From the sequence record NZ_CP016173.1: a stretch of 64,000 nt of DNA. One strand, written 5' to 3'. The position numbers and the translations under genes are program-made. Positions 34,670 through 44,059 of the stretch are shown here, piece by piece. The DNA is from a plasmid. Position 1 is the first letter of the stretch; each line of letters starts with the position of its first letter. Below the pieces are notes generated by a model. That model ran no database searches. It had not been told where the DNA came from and was given only the letters and a program-made list of their open reading frames with translations.

Positions 34670-35182
34670 TTAGGCCGATACCGCTCGGGCCACCGCGTCA
34701 CGGTTCTCGGCGACGAACGCGTGAACTTGGCCCCTTACTTCCGTATCGGAGAATCCCCATGCGAGGCCCTGTCCAATCACATTGGCGGGTAGCATCATGA
34801 ACAGGATGCGTCGTTGCTCAACGGTCGGATCAGAGGCGATTCCGGCCGCGCTGAGTGCATCGGACAAGGCGTATAAATCTGAATCCGACTCGTCCGTGTT
34901 GACCCAATATGCCTTGCGGACCGCATCGAGCCGCTGGGCGTCGCGACGATCCTCTTCCTCCTGCCGCATACGTGCACGCTCCTTCTGTTCGGGAGTCGGT
35001 TCCAGTCGACGTTCAAGCTCTTCATAGGAGATTCCAAGTCTGTCCGCCTCCGCTTGCAGCAGTTGGCTCCTCCCCTTGCCCGTCGGCCCGATGATCATGA
35101 AGTGCTGGGGGCCATGCCCGATGATCATGAAGTGCTGGGGGCCATCACCCTCGTTCATAGCAGCCCAAGTTGGGGTGTTCAT
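34670..35182 (-). CDS. Hypothetical protein carrying an internal perfect 10-aa tandem duplication (GPQHFMIIGH/GPQHFMIIGP)
   Basis: 170-aa ORF. The duplication lies near the N-terminus, just before a GPTGKGRS segment. The C-terminal half is charged. Confidence 0.45.
   Translation of the reverse strand: MNTPTWAAMNEGDGPQHFMIIGHGPQHFMIIGPTGKGRSQLLQAEADRLGISYEELERRLEPTPEQKERARMRQEEEDRRDAQRLDAVRKAYWVNTDESDSDLYALSDALSAAGIASDPTVEQRRILFMMLPANVIGQGLAWGFSDTEVRGQVHAFVAENRDAVARAVSA
35087..35146. repeat. Perfect 30-bp direct tandem duplication inside the 34670-35182 CDS (in frame)
   Basis: CCCGATGATCATGAAGTGCTGGGGGCCATG (35087-35116) is repeated at 35117-35146 with only the last base differing. Confidence 0.9.
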
Positions 35183-35233
35183 ACGTGTTTCGTTCCTTGG
35201 TTTCCGAGCTGGTTAAGCTGCCACCTTTGTATC

Positions 35234-35644
35234 TCACCACCCTAATGGGTATGCCGGAAAGGTCACCCAAAAGGAAAGGGTCATATTGCTTTCCGGCTCC
35301 TTCGCCCAGATATAGATCCCCGCCTCGTCGATATAAAACACCGGCTGGCCCTCGATCTCCCCGATCTTGGCCGTGTGCGCCTTATAGCGCGGCGCATTGA
35401 TCACTTCACCGATCTTGGCGCCCCACTCCTCCGAGACCGCCCATTTCAACAGCGATTCACGCGTCTCGTCGGCAATGACATAAGACTTATCCAGGGCTCG
35501 CACGGTCCCCTCGACGGTGCATCCGCGATGGCGATAGAACTCCCATTGCTCGTCCGGCATAGCGGTCAAATGAGCCAGCACGATGGCGCTGAACTGCGGA
35601 AGGTACGGCTGAAGGTTGAGGCTGTCCATAGTGGCGCCCGTCAC
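35234..35644 (-). CDS. Hypothetical protein
   Basis: 136-aa ORF; its start overlaps the upstream gene stop. Confidence 0.4.
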   Translation of the reverse strand: MTGATMDSLNLQPYLPQFSAIVLAHLTAMPDEQWEFYRHRGCTVEGTVRALDKSYVIADETRESLLKWAVSEEWGAKIGEVINAPRYKAHTAKIGEIEGQPVFYIDEAGIYIWAKEPESNMTLSFWVTFPAYPLGW

Positions 35645-35826
35645 TTGATCATGCTCTTGACGGCGTTCTTGCGCGCGAGATCGGCATTGTGCTTTTCAAG
35701 TGCGGCCTGGTCAGCATTCGGCTGGCTGCTGGCAGCAGCTTTTTCATCGTTGCACCCGGAAAGAAGCGAACTGGATATCACGATCGCGGTGCACAGCAGG
35801 ACGCGGCACAGAATGGCATTGGGCAT
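35641..35826 (-). CDS. Small putative lipoprotein
   Basis: Internal Met of ORF 35641-36054 gives MPNAILCRVLLCTAIVISSSLLSGC (signal peptide plus LSGC lipobox), about 61 aa. Confidence 0.3.
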   Translation of the reverse strand: MPNAILCRVLLCTAIVISSSLLSGCNDEKAAASSQPNADQAALEKHNADLARKNAVKSMIK

Positions 35827-36158
35827 GATTCCCTCCACTAAAAAGTTGACGACATACGTACTATAGTCCACAATCCTCGCATCGCAAAACGTGTTTTCTG
35901 ATGGGTATACCTTGTGCTGGACACAGAAATCGAAGATCGCTGCAAGTCTGTACAAAGTGGGTGGCTTGAAGCCCTCATCGCCACCACTAAAAAGGACTGG
36001 CAGAGCTCTCTGCCGAGCTCGCATACGGCAATGCCGGCGCAAGCTGCTTTTCATCCCACTACACGCCGCAGTAGCCGCGCACGCACCCTTGAGGCCGAGC
36101 TTGTCCGCTAGGCAGATCCCAAAACCCTGCGCCGTGTAGCGGCGGCTGCTTTCCCCGG

Positions 36159-36734
36159 ATGTACAAGAGCCTCATGAATTTTCCCTGCAATTTTCTCGTT
36201 GTGGCCCTCATTTCCATGCAGGGCGTGGCGCAGGCGCGCCCCGACGCCCAAGACCCCCAAACCAGCAGAGGTCAGTTGGAAATGGCCCTGTCCTGCCATG
36301 GCGGTGCACAGCCTCACGAGCTGATCAGTTGGATATCGAACTTGGGCGGAGGGCCCATCATGGATTCCGCTCGCTCTACCACCGGAGCGGAGTACACAAT
36401 ACCCAATCCCGTCTACGTCCTTGGCTTCCCCGCGACGCGGTTCAATATCCGGTCCTTTCGTGGGCAGGACCGGGATTTCGCTGTCTACGAAACGGTCTTC
36501 ACAGACAAATCATTCAGGTCGATCGCAAGCATCGCGGGGCTTTCTCCCGATGTGGCGGGCAACTATGAGCGAAGGGTCGGGAACAACCACCTCTTCCTGC
36601 GGCAGCAGGGCGACGTCACATACGTGACGTGCGCGATGGGAGTGCATGGCCCCGGGCTCGCCCAAGCGCTGCATGCGCCCGAAACCGATGCTCCGCTCAG
36701 CAATATGGAGAGTCAGGATGCAGAGCCCCGGTGA
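36159..36734 (+). CDS. Secreted hypothetical protein
   Basis: N-terminal signal peptide (FLVVALISMQGVAQA). 191 aa. Confidence 0.45.
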   Translation: MYKSLMNFPCNFLVVALISMQGVAQARPDAQDPQTSRGQLEMALSCHGGAQPHELISWISNLGGGPIMDSARSTTGAEYTIPNPVYVLGFPATRFNIRSFRGQDRDFAVYETVFTDKSFRSIASIAGLSPDVAGNYERRVGNNHLFLRQQGDVTYVTCAMGVHGPGLAQALHAPETDAPLSNMESQDAEPR

Positions 36735-37065
36735 GCTGAGCATCGACACGCTCAGCGCTATCCGAGAGGTCAACCTCTCATACCTGTTGGTGGCAAAGCA
36801 CCTGCTGCGGGACAATCGCGCGAGCGCGATGTTTCGCCTGGGGCTGGATGAAGAGACCGCACAAATTCTGCTCGCATTGACTCCAGCTCAGACTGTCCAA
36901 ATCGCGAGTGCAGGTAGCCTGCTGTGCGGTTTCCGCTTGAATGAAGCGAACCTTCGAGCGCTCGGGCTGGATGAAAGTCGCCCCGCCGCGCGAGTCGCTG
37001 GTCATTACCTCCACCACGTGACCATACTGCTTGCCAAACAGGCGCTGGCCGGCGAAACGCGGTAA
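36718..37065 (+). CDS. Hypothetical protein (possible small regulator)
   Basis: Internal ATG with RBS AGGA inside ORF 36646-37065, about 115 aa. Overlaps the upstream gene end. Confidence 0.3.
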   Translation: MQSPGELSIDTLSAIREVNLSYLLVAKHLLRDNRASAMFRLGLDEETAQILLALTPAQTVQIASAGSLLCGFRLNEANLRALGLDESRPAARVAGHYLHHVTILLAKQALAGETR

Positions 37066-37091
37066 AAACTTGGGTCCACAAGGAGGTATCC

Positions 37092-37787
37092 ATGGGGGTC
37101 AACAATAGCGGTAGTGCGCGCTGCCAATTCTGCGGCGCGGAGTACCGACTGTTCACCATCTTCAATCGGGATATGCAAGGCCTATGCAAGGCATGGCGCC
37201 GCAGACATGAACGCGCGTGCAGCAGCCGCACCCCGGCCCAGCGCCGAAAATGGGCCAGGCCATACATCGGTAAAGGTATGACCGAGAGCAGTTTGACTGT
37301 GGATCTGAAGCACCCGGGTTTCCTTGAAAGCACTGCCGAAACTCCTACCGAAAGAAACCAGGTGAGCAAAGCGCGCGGTAAGCCCGCGATCGTCGCTATC
37401 ACGCCGGCAGGTGCCGACCACCAAGTGGTGACGGTGCAGGGCGGGCAAATGCTATATCGGCGTACACCGTGCTCGGATTGCCCGTGGCGCGTAGACGCCA
37501 CAGGTGAATTCCCCCCCGAAGCCTTTCGGCACTCCGCCACGACCGCATATGACATGGCGTCAAACACCTTCGCGTGCCATCAATCAGGTGCCAAGAAGCC
37601 TGCCATCTGTGCAGGCTTCCTATTGCGGGGCGCAGACCACAATCTGCGTGTTCGCGTCGCTCGAATCAAAGGCGAGATTCGCGATGACGTAACGGATGGT
37701 GGCCATGAGCTCCATGAAAGCTACAGAGACATGGCCGTCGCCAACGGCGTCGATGAAGACGACCCTATACTGAGACCCTGCAGGTAA
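37092..37787 (+). CDS. Hypothetical Cys-rich protein
   Basis: 231-aa ORF containing CQFC, CSDCPW and further Cys/His pairs. RBS AGGAGG upstream. Confidence 0.45.
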   Translation: MGVNNSGSARCQFCGAEYRLFTIFNRDMQGLCKAWRRRHERACSSRTPAQRRKWARPYIGKGMTESSLTVDLKHPGFLESTAETPTERNQVSKARGKPAIVAITPAGADHQVVTVQGGQMLYRRTPCSDCPWRVDATGEFPPEAFRHSATTAYDMASNTFACHQSGAKKPAICAGFLLRGADHNLRVRVARIKGEIRDDVTDGGHELHESYRDMAVANGVDEDDPILRPCR

Positions 37788-37790
37788 TCC

Positions 37791-37988
37791 ATGATCGAAA
37801 CCTGGAAGCAATATACCTGCGATGGGTGTGGCGAGACGGAACACTATCCAACGCCCAACGCCACAAACGCGGATGTCCGGCAGTACATGCGGCGTTATGG
37901 CTGGCAGAATCATGGACGCCTTGACTATTGTTCTAAATGCGTGAAAAACGGCAATGCCGCGCGCCGCGTTGATGACATGAACCATTGA
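37791..37988 (+). CDS. Small zinc-ribbon protein
   Basis: 65 aa with CDGCG … CSKC. Confidence 0.35.
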   Translation: MIETWKQYTCDGCGETEHYPTPNATNADVRQYMRRYGWQNHGRLDYCSKCVKNGNAARRVDDMNH

Positions 37989-38404
37989 CGAGACACCACA
38001 TGATCCAGGACGAGTTCCCCAAACCCGCGACAGCCAGCACCTTGGACCCCAGCCATGTCCGCATAACTGAGGTCAGCCAAGACCTTGCTCAGCTGCGAGC
38101 AGCCTACGATGAAACCCCACCGACAGAAGAAGAACGGACCGCGCTTCTGCGCCTGGTAAAGCACGCCCAGGGGAACACTGGTCAAAGCCGCCGCGTGGCA
38201 GACTTCCTTCTAGCGTGGTGGGATGCAGGCCGTTGTGGTGGTTTTGACATGACCAACCTGTGGGGCATAGACCGCGCCATCGCTCGTGACATAGTGACTG
38301 TGTTCGGCCTCATCGCGAGGCTGGCGAAATACCCGGACCATATCGACCAAGCGCTGGAAGCCGAATTCCAGGCTATCTCCAAGACCTGGGGGCCAGACGC
38401 ATGA
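37985..38404 (+). CDS. Hypothetical protein
   Basis: 139-aa ORF overlapping both its neighbours by 4 nt. Confidence 0.45.
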   Translation: MTRHHMIQDEFPKPATASTLDPSHVRITEVSQDLAQLRAAYDETPPTEEERTALLRLVKHAQGNTGQSRRVADFLLAWWDAGRCGGFDMTNLWGIDRAIARDIVTVFGLIARLAKYPDHIDQALEAEFQAISKTWGPDA

Positions 38405-38673
38405 TGTCTGGCCAGCAGTTTGAAGAACTGTCGCTGCCTGAACAAATCAAGGCAATGGGCGGCAACACTTATCTCGACGTTCGTCAGCTTGATGATGGCA
38501 CGATTGTCGGCTTGGGTAAGCTGCTATACACGACTGCCGTCTATATTGATATGTCGCTTTGGGGGTGGGCCCATAGGTACTGTTTCAAGGACCGCGATCT
38601 CGCCATCGCGGAATACCGCAAGCTCAAAAACGGCGATGAAACGCCAACGGGCTGGATCGCACATCGCCCGTGA
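38401..38673 (+). CDS. Hypothetical protein
   Basis: 90-aa ORF. Confidence 0.4.
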   Translation: MMSGQQFEELSLPEQIKAMGGNTYLDVRQLDDGTIVGLGKLLYTTAVYIDMSLWGWAHRYCFKDRDLAIAEYRKLKNGDETPTGWIAHRP

Positions 38674-38733
38674 AGTCGCACCTCCTTAGGCACGTTCCGT
38701 TCTACCTAAACCGCTGTTCAACCACCAACGATA

Positions 38734-39069
38734 ATGGACAAGAAGCTCAAGCAGATAGAAAGCGAAATCGCGAAACTGGAGGCGCAGAAAGAACGGCTTA
38801 TCCGGAACAAAGCGATCCCAGCCATCATCGCCCAAATGCGCAACGCCGGCATCACGCCGCAGGATATCGCCAACGCCTGGGAGCCCTACGCCGCCAAGCG
38901 GACGCGCCAGGATGGGCGCATCCTCGCTACCAAAGCGGCTAAGAGGAAACGAACGCCCAAGTACCGGAATCCAGAGACAGGGGCTACCTGGAGCGGCATG
39001 GGCAAGCGCCCCTTTTGGTTGCGCGACGCCTTGACGGCGGGCCGCAGCCTTGAAGATTTCCTGGCCTGA
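38734..39069 (+). CDS. H-NS-family nucleoid-associated protein
   Basis: N-terminal coiled-coil (KQIESEIAKLEAQKERLIRNK). C-terminal DNA-binding motif KYRNPETGATWSGMGKRPFWL matches the H-NS consensus (…TW.G.GR.P…). 111 aa. Confidence 0.7.
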   Translation: MDKKLKQIESEIAKLEAQKERLIRNKAIPAIIAQMRNAGITPQDIANAWEPYAAKRTRQDGRILATKAAKRKRTPKYRNPETGATWSGMGKRPFWLRDALTAGRSLEDFLA

Positions 39070-39516
39070 CCCAAGATCGGCTGCTCAACAGGCCCCGCCA
39101 TAGCAGGTCATGAAGAAAGCCCCTCGTCCAGCGTGCTGGGCGAGGGGCCGACAAGCGGAGCGCGTCAGTGTTTGTATGACGCAAACCCGACATCCCTTTC
39201 GTTTTCCGTGCTGCTTTCAGACTGTCGGCGGAGCCGGTGGCTCTGGATCGCAGCAATGCGTTGGGTACTCCGAGCGCGCGTCTTCGAGCTTCGCACCGCC
39301 TTGGTAAAACCATTCGAAGTCGTCTCCGCTGTCCGCTATCGCCAGCCGAGGCTTTTCCCAAGTCGGTGCCCACACCCAAAGCACCCTTCCTGCAAACCAC
39401 TCTTCCCCATCGTCAAACTCGCGCCATTCCGGTTGCATCACTTGCCTCTGCTCTTTGAAATATTCTCCGGTCTTCGTGCAGCGATTCGAGCGTGATACTA
39501 ACCTGACCGGCCGGTT

Positions 39517-41187
39517 TTAGATGCTGGGGCTCGGGCGGGCCATCCGCTCATCGTCCACGATGCCGGCGTCCTCCGGCAGCACGTCAGACATGCCCAAGGG
39601 CATCAGCACGTCATCATCGTCCTCATCGGACGCTGTCGTCAGCGCCTTGGCTGCGGGGCTTGCGTCCACAAGACGCTGAACAAACGCCGCGTCGATCACC
39701 GCGCCGGCATTGTCCTGACCGTACAGCACCTGGTGCAATGCCTGCTGTGTCTTCTGCGCGTCCCAACGGGCGTTCACGCTTTCGACCAGTACCTTCTGAT
39801 AGCGGCTGTTGATCTCCTGCAACGCCGACTCCACGACCTCGACCTCGATTCCGTTCGCCGATGTCCGCACCTTGCCGGCGAACTCCTCCCACTTTTGGTG
39901 GTGCACGTCGGCTTGCTTCATCTCGTCAATGATCTGGGCGCCGATCATCTGGTAGACCATATCCTCATCTACGCCCTTGGTTTTCATCCCATCCATGATC
40001 GTCGTGAAGTTCGGTTCGATCATGTCGAACACGGGGGCAATCGCCTCCGCGTTCAGCCCAGCTTTCTTGGCGGTTTCCAGCAGCGCTTTCTCGAATCCAG
40101 CCCAACGTGGATCGGCGCGCCCAGTTCGCACGACTGGCGCGGCCGGTTCAACGCCTGCAGGAATGAAATTGGGCAGTTCATCGCCGATCGGCAGCCGACG
40201 CTTTGAGCGATTTTCCGGCAGCATATTTGCTGCCAGTGCCCCGTCCACAATCTCACGCAACTCCGGGGCGTAGCCAAAAATGTGATCCACGATCAGCTCC
40301 GCGTCGCGCGCGGCACGGAAGATCTCGTGCTGATCACCCTTGAGCATCTCGCGCCACACACCGGCATACCTGCCGCCGTCGTCTTGTTTGCCTTGGATGC
40401 CAAGCATCGATGTCAGGAAAACCGTGGCAATATGAGCCCGCAGCTCTTCGCGCGCATGCGCCGCATCCCCGACAATATGCGGTAGGACTGGGGCTTTTCG
40501 ATCCAAGCGCGACGCATGGCCGGTCCAGCGTGCCAGCATGCCTATCACCGTAGCGTAATAGTCGTCCTGGCTCTTAAAGGCGTTGCGTGGAGGTACTAAG
40601 ATTTTGTCTGGCTCACGCGTGTAGTACGCGCCATTCACGACTACGTACGATCCGATCTGACTGGAGCTTTCATGCTCTATGTCGGCACCAGTGGCCCTGA
40701 TCAGCTTTTCAGCCACCTCATGTGCCTGCCAGGTTCGCTCGCGCACAATCTCCGGCAGACCCAACACGTCGGCGCCGTTGAAGAGGGCGGCATAGAATGG
40801 ACGGGGCTTGGTGCGAGCACGGGCCTGCTCTTCCGTTTCATCGTCTTCTGCTGAGGCATCTTTGTCATCGGCCTTGTTCAGCTTGAGCCAGGGCACGCCC
40901 CAGTCCCAGTATTCGACATAGGCTGCTTTCGCGCCTGCGCGGATGCGGTACCCGGCTTCATTGGCCTGCTTAAGCGTCATCCAGCGAGGATCCGAAGATC
41001 CGCGCCGCAACTGCTCCAGCAGCAAGCCCACATTGTTGCCACCTTTATATTTGACGCCAGACACGGGATTGAACGGGCGCGAAACCACATTGTTCCGCAC
41101 CTGTGCCCAAGGAAGTCCATCGTGCTCTTCCAGCCCCTGAATGAGCCCCTTCGTCAGCCGTTGCCGAAAACTGTCACGGGTCGCCAT
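39517..41187 (-). CDS. ArdC-like protein (N-terminal ssDNA-binding ArdC_N / DUF1738 domain; C-terminal zincin-like domain with a degenerate active site)
   Basis: N-terminal …SGVKYKGGNNVGLLLEQ…RWMTLKQANEAGYRIRAGAKAAYVEYW fits ArdC_N. Downstream YYATVIGMLARWTGHASRLDRK aligns to the canonical YYAT..HExxHWTGH..RL.R, but the HExxH positions read IGMLAR. Confidence 0.6.
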   Translation of the reverse strand: MATRDSFRQRLTKGLIQGLEEHDGLPWAQVRNNVVSRPFNPVSGVKYKGGNNVGLLLEQLRRGSSDPRWMTLKQANEAGYRIRAGAKAAYVEYWDWGVPWLKLNKADDKDASAEDDETEEQARARTKPRPFYAALFNGADVLGLPEIVRERTWQAHEVAEKLIRATGADIEHESSSQIGSYVVVNGAYYTREPDKILVPPRNAFKSQDDYYATVIGMLARWTGHASRLDRKAPVLPHIVGDAAHAREELRAHIATVFLTSMLGIQGKQDDGGRYAGVWREMLKGDQHEIFRAARDAELIVDHIFGYAPELREIVDGALAANMLPENRSKRRLPIGDELPNFIPAGVEPAAPVVRTGRADPRWAGFEKALLETAKKAGLNAEAIAPVFDMIEPNFTTIMDGMKTKGVDEDMVYQMIGAQIIDEMKQADVHHQKWEEFAGKVRTSANGIEVEVVESALQEINSRYQKVLVESVNARWDAQKTQQALHQVLYGQDNAGAVIDAAFVQRLVDASPAAKALTTASDEDDDDVLMPLGMSDVLPEDAGIVDDERMARPSPSI

Positions 41188-41188
41188 G

Positions 41189-41371
41189 TCACTCTTCCTC
41201 TTCTTCCACGATGCCGATCCCGTTGTATACGGGGTTGCTCAGGATCTCCTGAGGCATGTCCGCTTCGCACATCTCGGCGGGCAGCCGCTCGCCCGTTTCC
41301 ATCACTGCCTGGACGTATTCGTCACTGTATTGCATGACACACCTCAAAATGCTCAATGGTTTCGATTGCAA
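41189..41371 (-). CDS. Small acidic hypothetical protein
   Basis: 60-aa ORF ending in EEEEE, 2 nt downstream of the ArdC-like start. Weak call. Confidence 0.2.
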   Translation of the reverse strand: MQSKPLSILRCVMQYSDEYVQAVMETGERLPAEMCEADMPQEILSNPVYNGIGIVEEEEE

Positions 41372-41573
41372 TCAGATGGTCTTTCCCATCGGCACTCATC
41401 ACATGGATGAATGGCTCCTTGGGCATGCCGACAGCGCCAACGAGCTCGATCCCCAGGAACGTCCGCATCTTCGTCTCACCAAGAATCAGATCGCCCAATG
41501 GCGAGCGCCAATCGCGGATTTTGAATTCATAGGCCTGGTTGGGCACCAGGTGTACCGCCTCGCTTAGTTCCAT
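41322..41573 (-). CDS. Hypothetical protein
   Basis: 83-aa ORF, 17 nt downstream of the topB stop. Confidence 0.3.
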   Translation of the reverse strand: MELSEAVHLVPNQAYEFKIRDWRSPLGDLILGETKMRTFLGIELVGAVGMPKEPFIHVMSADGKDHLIAIETIEHFEVCHAIQ

Positions 41574-41589
41574 ATCAGCGTCGGCCCAC

Positions 41590-44049
41590 TCAACGCGGCT
41601 CGAAAACGAATTCGACCTTGCTGTTGTCGGCCGTCAATCGCAGGCCAGCAGAGAATGGTCGTTTCGTCTTGCTGCTGATAAAGCCGTGAACCGCACCCAA
41701 ACTGCCATTGGTGAGGAGTTCACGAGCCTCGTCATCGGACAAGTCCCGGCCCGCGACCTTGCGCCACAGTTTGAAATCGCCGTTTTCGCACACGAACTGA
41801 GGATGCTCACCCCACTTCACGTGTACGACACTGCCACAGTTCGGGCACGGCGCTCCAATCGAATTGCCCAGCGGCACCGGCTCGCGTTCCGCGAACTCGA
41901 ACTCAACCTTACTTTCGGCGCCAAGCTTCAGACCAGCTGAAAACTTCCGATTCGTCTTGCTGCTCACGAAGCCATCAAGCGGCTTGATGGACCCGTTCTG
42001 CAACAGTTCCTGCGCTTCCGCGTCGCTGAGATCGCGCTTGGCGATCTCGCGCCACATCTTCCAACCACATGCCGCCGCACACTCGAAGGTGCGAACCTTT
42101 GCCTGGACACCAGGGTTTCCGCACTTCGGGCACGGCACGGCCAGTTGCGCGACGGGCGCGACGGGCATATCTGAAGCTTTGCGCCGGATCACGTCGATCA
42201 TGTCGCGCGTCATCGCGGCGATTTCGTCCATGAAGGCACGACGGCTGTATTGCCCCTTCTCCATCAGCCGAAGCTTTTGCTCCCATTCCCCTGTCATCTT
42301 GGGCGAGGTCAACGAGCCCACGCCATTGGTCTCCAGGAAGGTCACCAGGCCCATGCCCTTCTCGGTAGGCACCAGGTGCTGTTCCTTGCCCTCGCGGCGC
42401 AAGTAGGGTTCTTTTGCACGCCCCTGGCCGTCCTGGTCCGACAGCAGCCCTTCGATCGTCGCGGCACGCGTTGCCGGCGTGCCTAGCCCACGCTCGCTCA
42501 TGGCGTGGCGCAGCTCGTCTTCATCCACGAGTTTGCCGGCGCCTTCCATAGCGGCCAGGAGCGTAGCTTCGGTGAAGCGTGCGGCAGGCTTGGTCTGCAA
42601 CCCCTTTGCCTCCACGCCTCGCGTCTGCACGGGCTCACCCGGCTGTACGGCGCAAAGTGCCGGCGTTCTGTCGTCGTCTCCCTGGCCACCGTAAACCACA
42701 CGCCAACCCGGATCCACAAGCACCTTGCCGGTGGACTTGAACGTCTCACCGGCCACCACGGATATCCGAGTGGTCAGGCTGTACTGTGCTGCCGGGTGAA
42801 ACACGGCGATGAACCGCCGTACCACCAGGTCGTAAATCTTGGCTTCATCCGGATCCAGCCCGCTGGGCGCGGTTTCGGTCGGGATGATGGCAAAGTGGTC
42901 GGAAATCTTGCTGTTGTCGAAAATCCGCTTGTCTGCGCGCACCCATCCGCTGTCCAATACACGCTTGGCGTGTTCGCCAAACGCTGCACGCGAACCCAAG
43001 CTTCCGAGCACCTGCTTTGCCGTGTCGATATAGTCCTCGGGCAGCGCCGTCGCATCCGTTCGCGGATAAGTCGTGGCCTTGTGTTTTTCGTACAACGCCT
43101 GTGCAATATCAAGGGTACGCTTGGCAGAGAACTTGAACCGCTTGTTCGCTTCCCGCTGCAACGTGGTCAGATCGAACAATCGGGGCGCAGCGTTCGAAGT
43201 GGTCTTGGACTCATCGGTAACCGAGCTGGGCGCCACGCCATCGCACATCGCGACGATCGCCAAGGCTTGGCCCTTATCGAAGATGCGGGCACCCGCCGCA
43301 TCAGGGTCTTCACCCTCGCCTGCCTTTTCCCCCTGTCGCATCCATCGGCCCGAATAGGTTCCGGCCTGTGCAGCGAAGGTCGCATGCACCTCCCAGTAAT
43401 CCTTCGGCACGAAATTGCGGATCTCACTTTCACGATGAACCACAATTGCCAGCGTGGGAGTCTGGACCCGCCCTGCCGTCATTTGCTCATAGGCGCCTTT
43501 CTGCCGCTCGCGCAGGCGCGTGATGCCACGCGAGCCGTTGATGCCGACCAGCCAGTCCGCCTCGCTGCGACATTTCGCGGCGTCGGCCAGCGCATTGAAC
43601 TCGTCCCCCGGCCGCATGCCTTCATAGGCCTGGCGGATCGCGTCCGCCGTCATGGATTGCAACCACATGCGTCGGATTGGCTTTTTGCAGCCAGCCGCCT
43701 CGTAGATCAGCCGAAAGATGAGCTCACCCTCGCGGCCCGCGTCGCAAGCGTTCACGACTTGCGTCACGTCTTCTCGCTTCATGAGCCGTGCGAGCAAATT
43801 GAATTGGGGCTTGGCGCGGTCCAGGACTTGAAGGCCGAAGCGCGGCGGAATTACCGGCAGCGTGTCGAGGTCTTTCCCTGTGGTCTGCGCTTCAGGCACA
43901 TGCAGAGTTACCAGATGCCCAACGGCAGAAGACACCAGCGCGTCGCCGCGTTCGAGCCAGCCGCCCTCGGCCTTTGAGAAACCGCCCAGGGCCTGCGCAA
44001 TATCGCGGGCGACCGACGGCTTTTCCGCGATGACAAGTATCTTCGACAT
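41590..44049 (-). CDS. topB: DNA topoisomerase III (type IA) with two C-terminal zinc-ribbon repeat domains
   Basis: Start at the Met of MSKILVIAEKPSVARDIAQALGG (RBS AAGGGG upstream); the ORF track extends further 5' to 44175. Toprim ACDAGREGE; ADWLVGINGSRGIT; catalytic LYEKHKATTYPRTDAT. Two roughly 80-aa C-terminal repeats follow (CPKCGNPGV…FSAGLKL and CPNCGSVVHV…FSAGLRL). Confidence 0.85.
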   Translation of the reverse strand: MSKILVIAEKPSVARDIAQALGGFSKAEGGWLERGDALVSSAVGHLVTLHVPEAQTTGKDLDTLPVIPPRFGLQVLDRAKPQFNLLARLMKREDVTQVVNACDAGREGELIFRLIYEAAGCKKPIRRMWLQSMTADAIRQAYEGMRPGDEFNALADAAKCRSEADWLVGINGSRGITRLRERQKGAYEQMTAGRVQTPTLAIVVHRESEIRNFVPKDYWEVHATFAAQAGTYSGRWMRQGEKAGEGEDPDAAGARIFDKGQALAIVAMCDGVAPSSVTDESKTTSNAAPRLFDLTTLQREANKRFKFSAKRTLDIAQALYEKHKATTYPRTDATALPEDYIDTAKQVLGSLGSRAAFGEHAKRVLDSGWVRADKRIFDNSKISDHFAIIPTETAPSGLDPDEAKIYDLVVRRFIAVFHPAAQYSLTTRISVVAGETFKSTGKVLVDPGWRVVYGGQGDDDRTPALCAVQPGEPVQTRGVEAKGLQTKPAARFTEATLLAAMEGAGKLVDEDELRHAMSERGLGTPATRAATIEGLLSDQDGQGRAKEPYLRREGKEQHLVPTEKGMGLVTFLETNGVGSLTSPKMTGEWEQKLRLMEKGQYSRRAFMDEIAAMTRDMIDVIRRKASDMPVAPVAQLAVPCPKCGNPGVQAKVRTFECAAACGWKMWREIAKRDLSDAEAQELLQNGSIKPLDGFVSSKTNRKFSAGLKLGAESKVEFEFAEREPVPLGNSIGAPCPNCGSVVHVKWGEHPQFVCENGDFKLWRKVAGRDLSDDEARELLTNGSLGAVHGFISSKTKRPFSAGLRLTADNSKVEFVFEPR

Positions 44050-44059
44050 GCCGCGCCCC

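Noticed and set aside
34670-35182. Possible P-loop (GPTGKGRS) in the protein carrying the 30-bp duplication
   Set aside because: It does not fit Walker A (GxxxxGK[ST]) because the Lys is misplaced, and the rest of the protein shows no kinase or ATPase features.
36718-37065. Possible FlhC/BisC-like regulator assignment for the 115-aa protein
   Set aside because: It is only a vague compositional resemblance and I could not identify the Cys-zinc site or conserved FlhC residues, so it is left as hypothetical.
42505-43977. 490-aa plus-strand ORF
   Set aside because: Antisense to the topoisomerase III gene, which has all canonical motifs.
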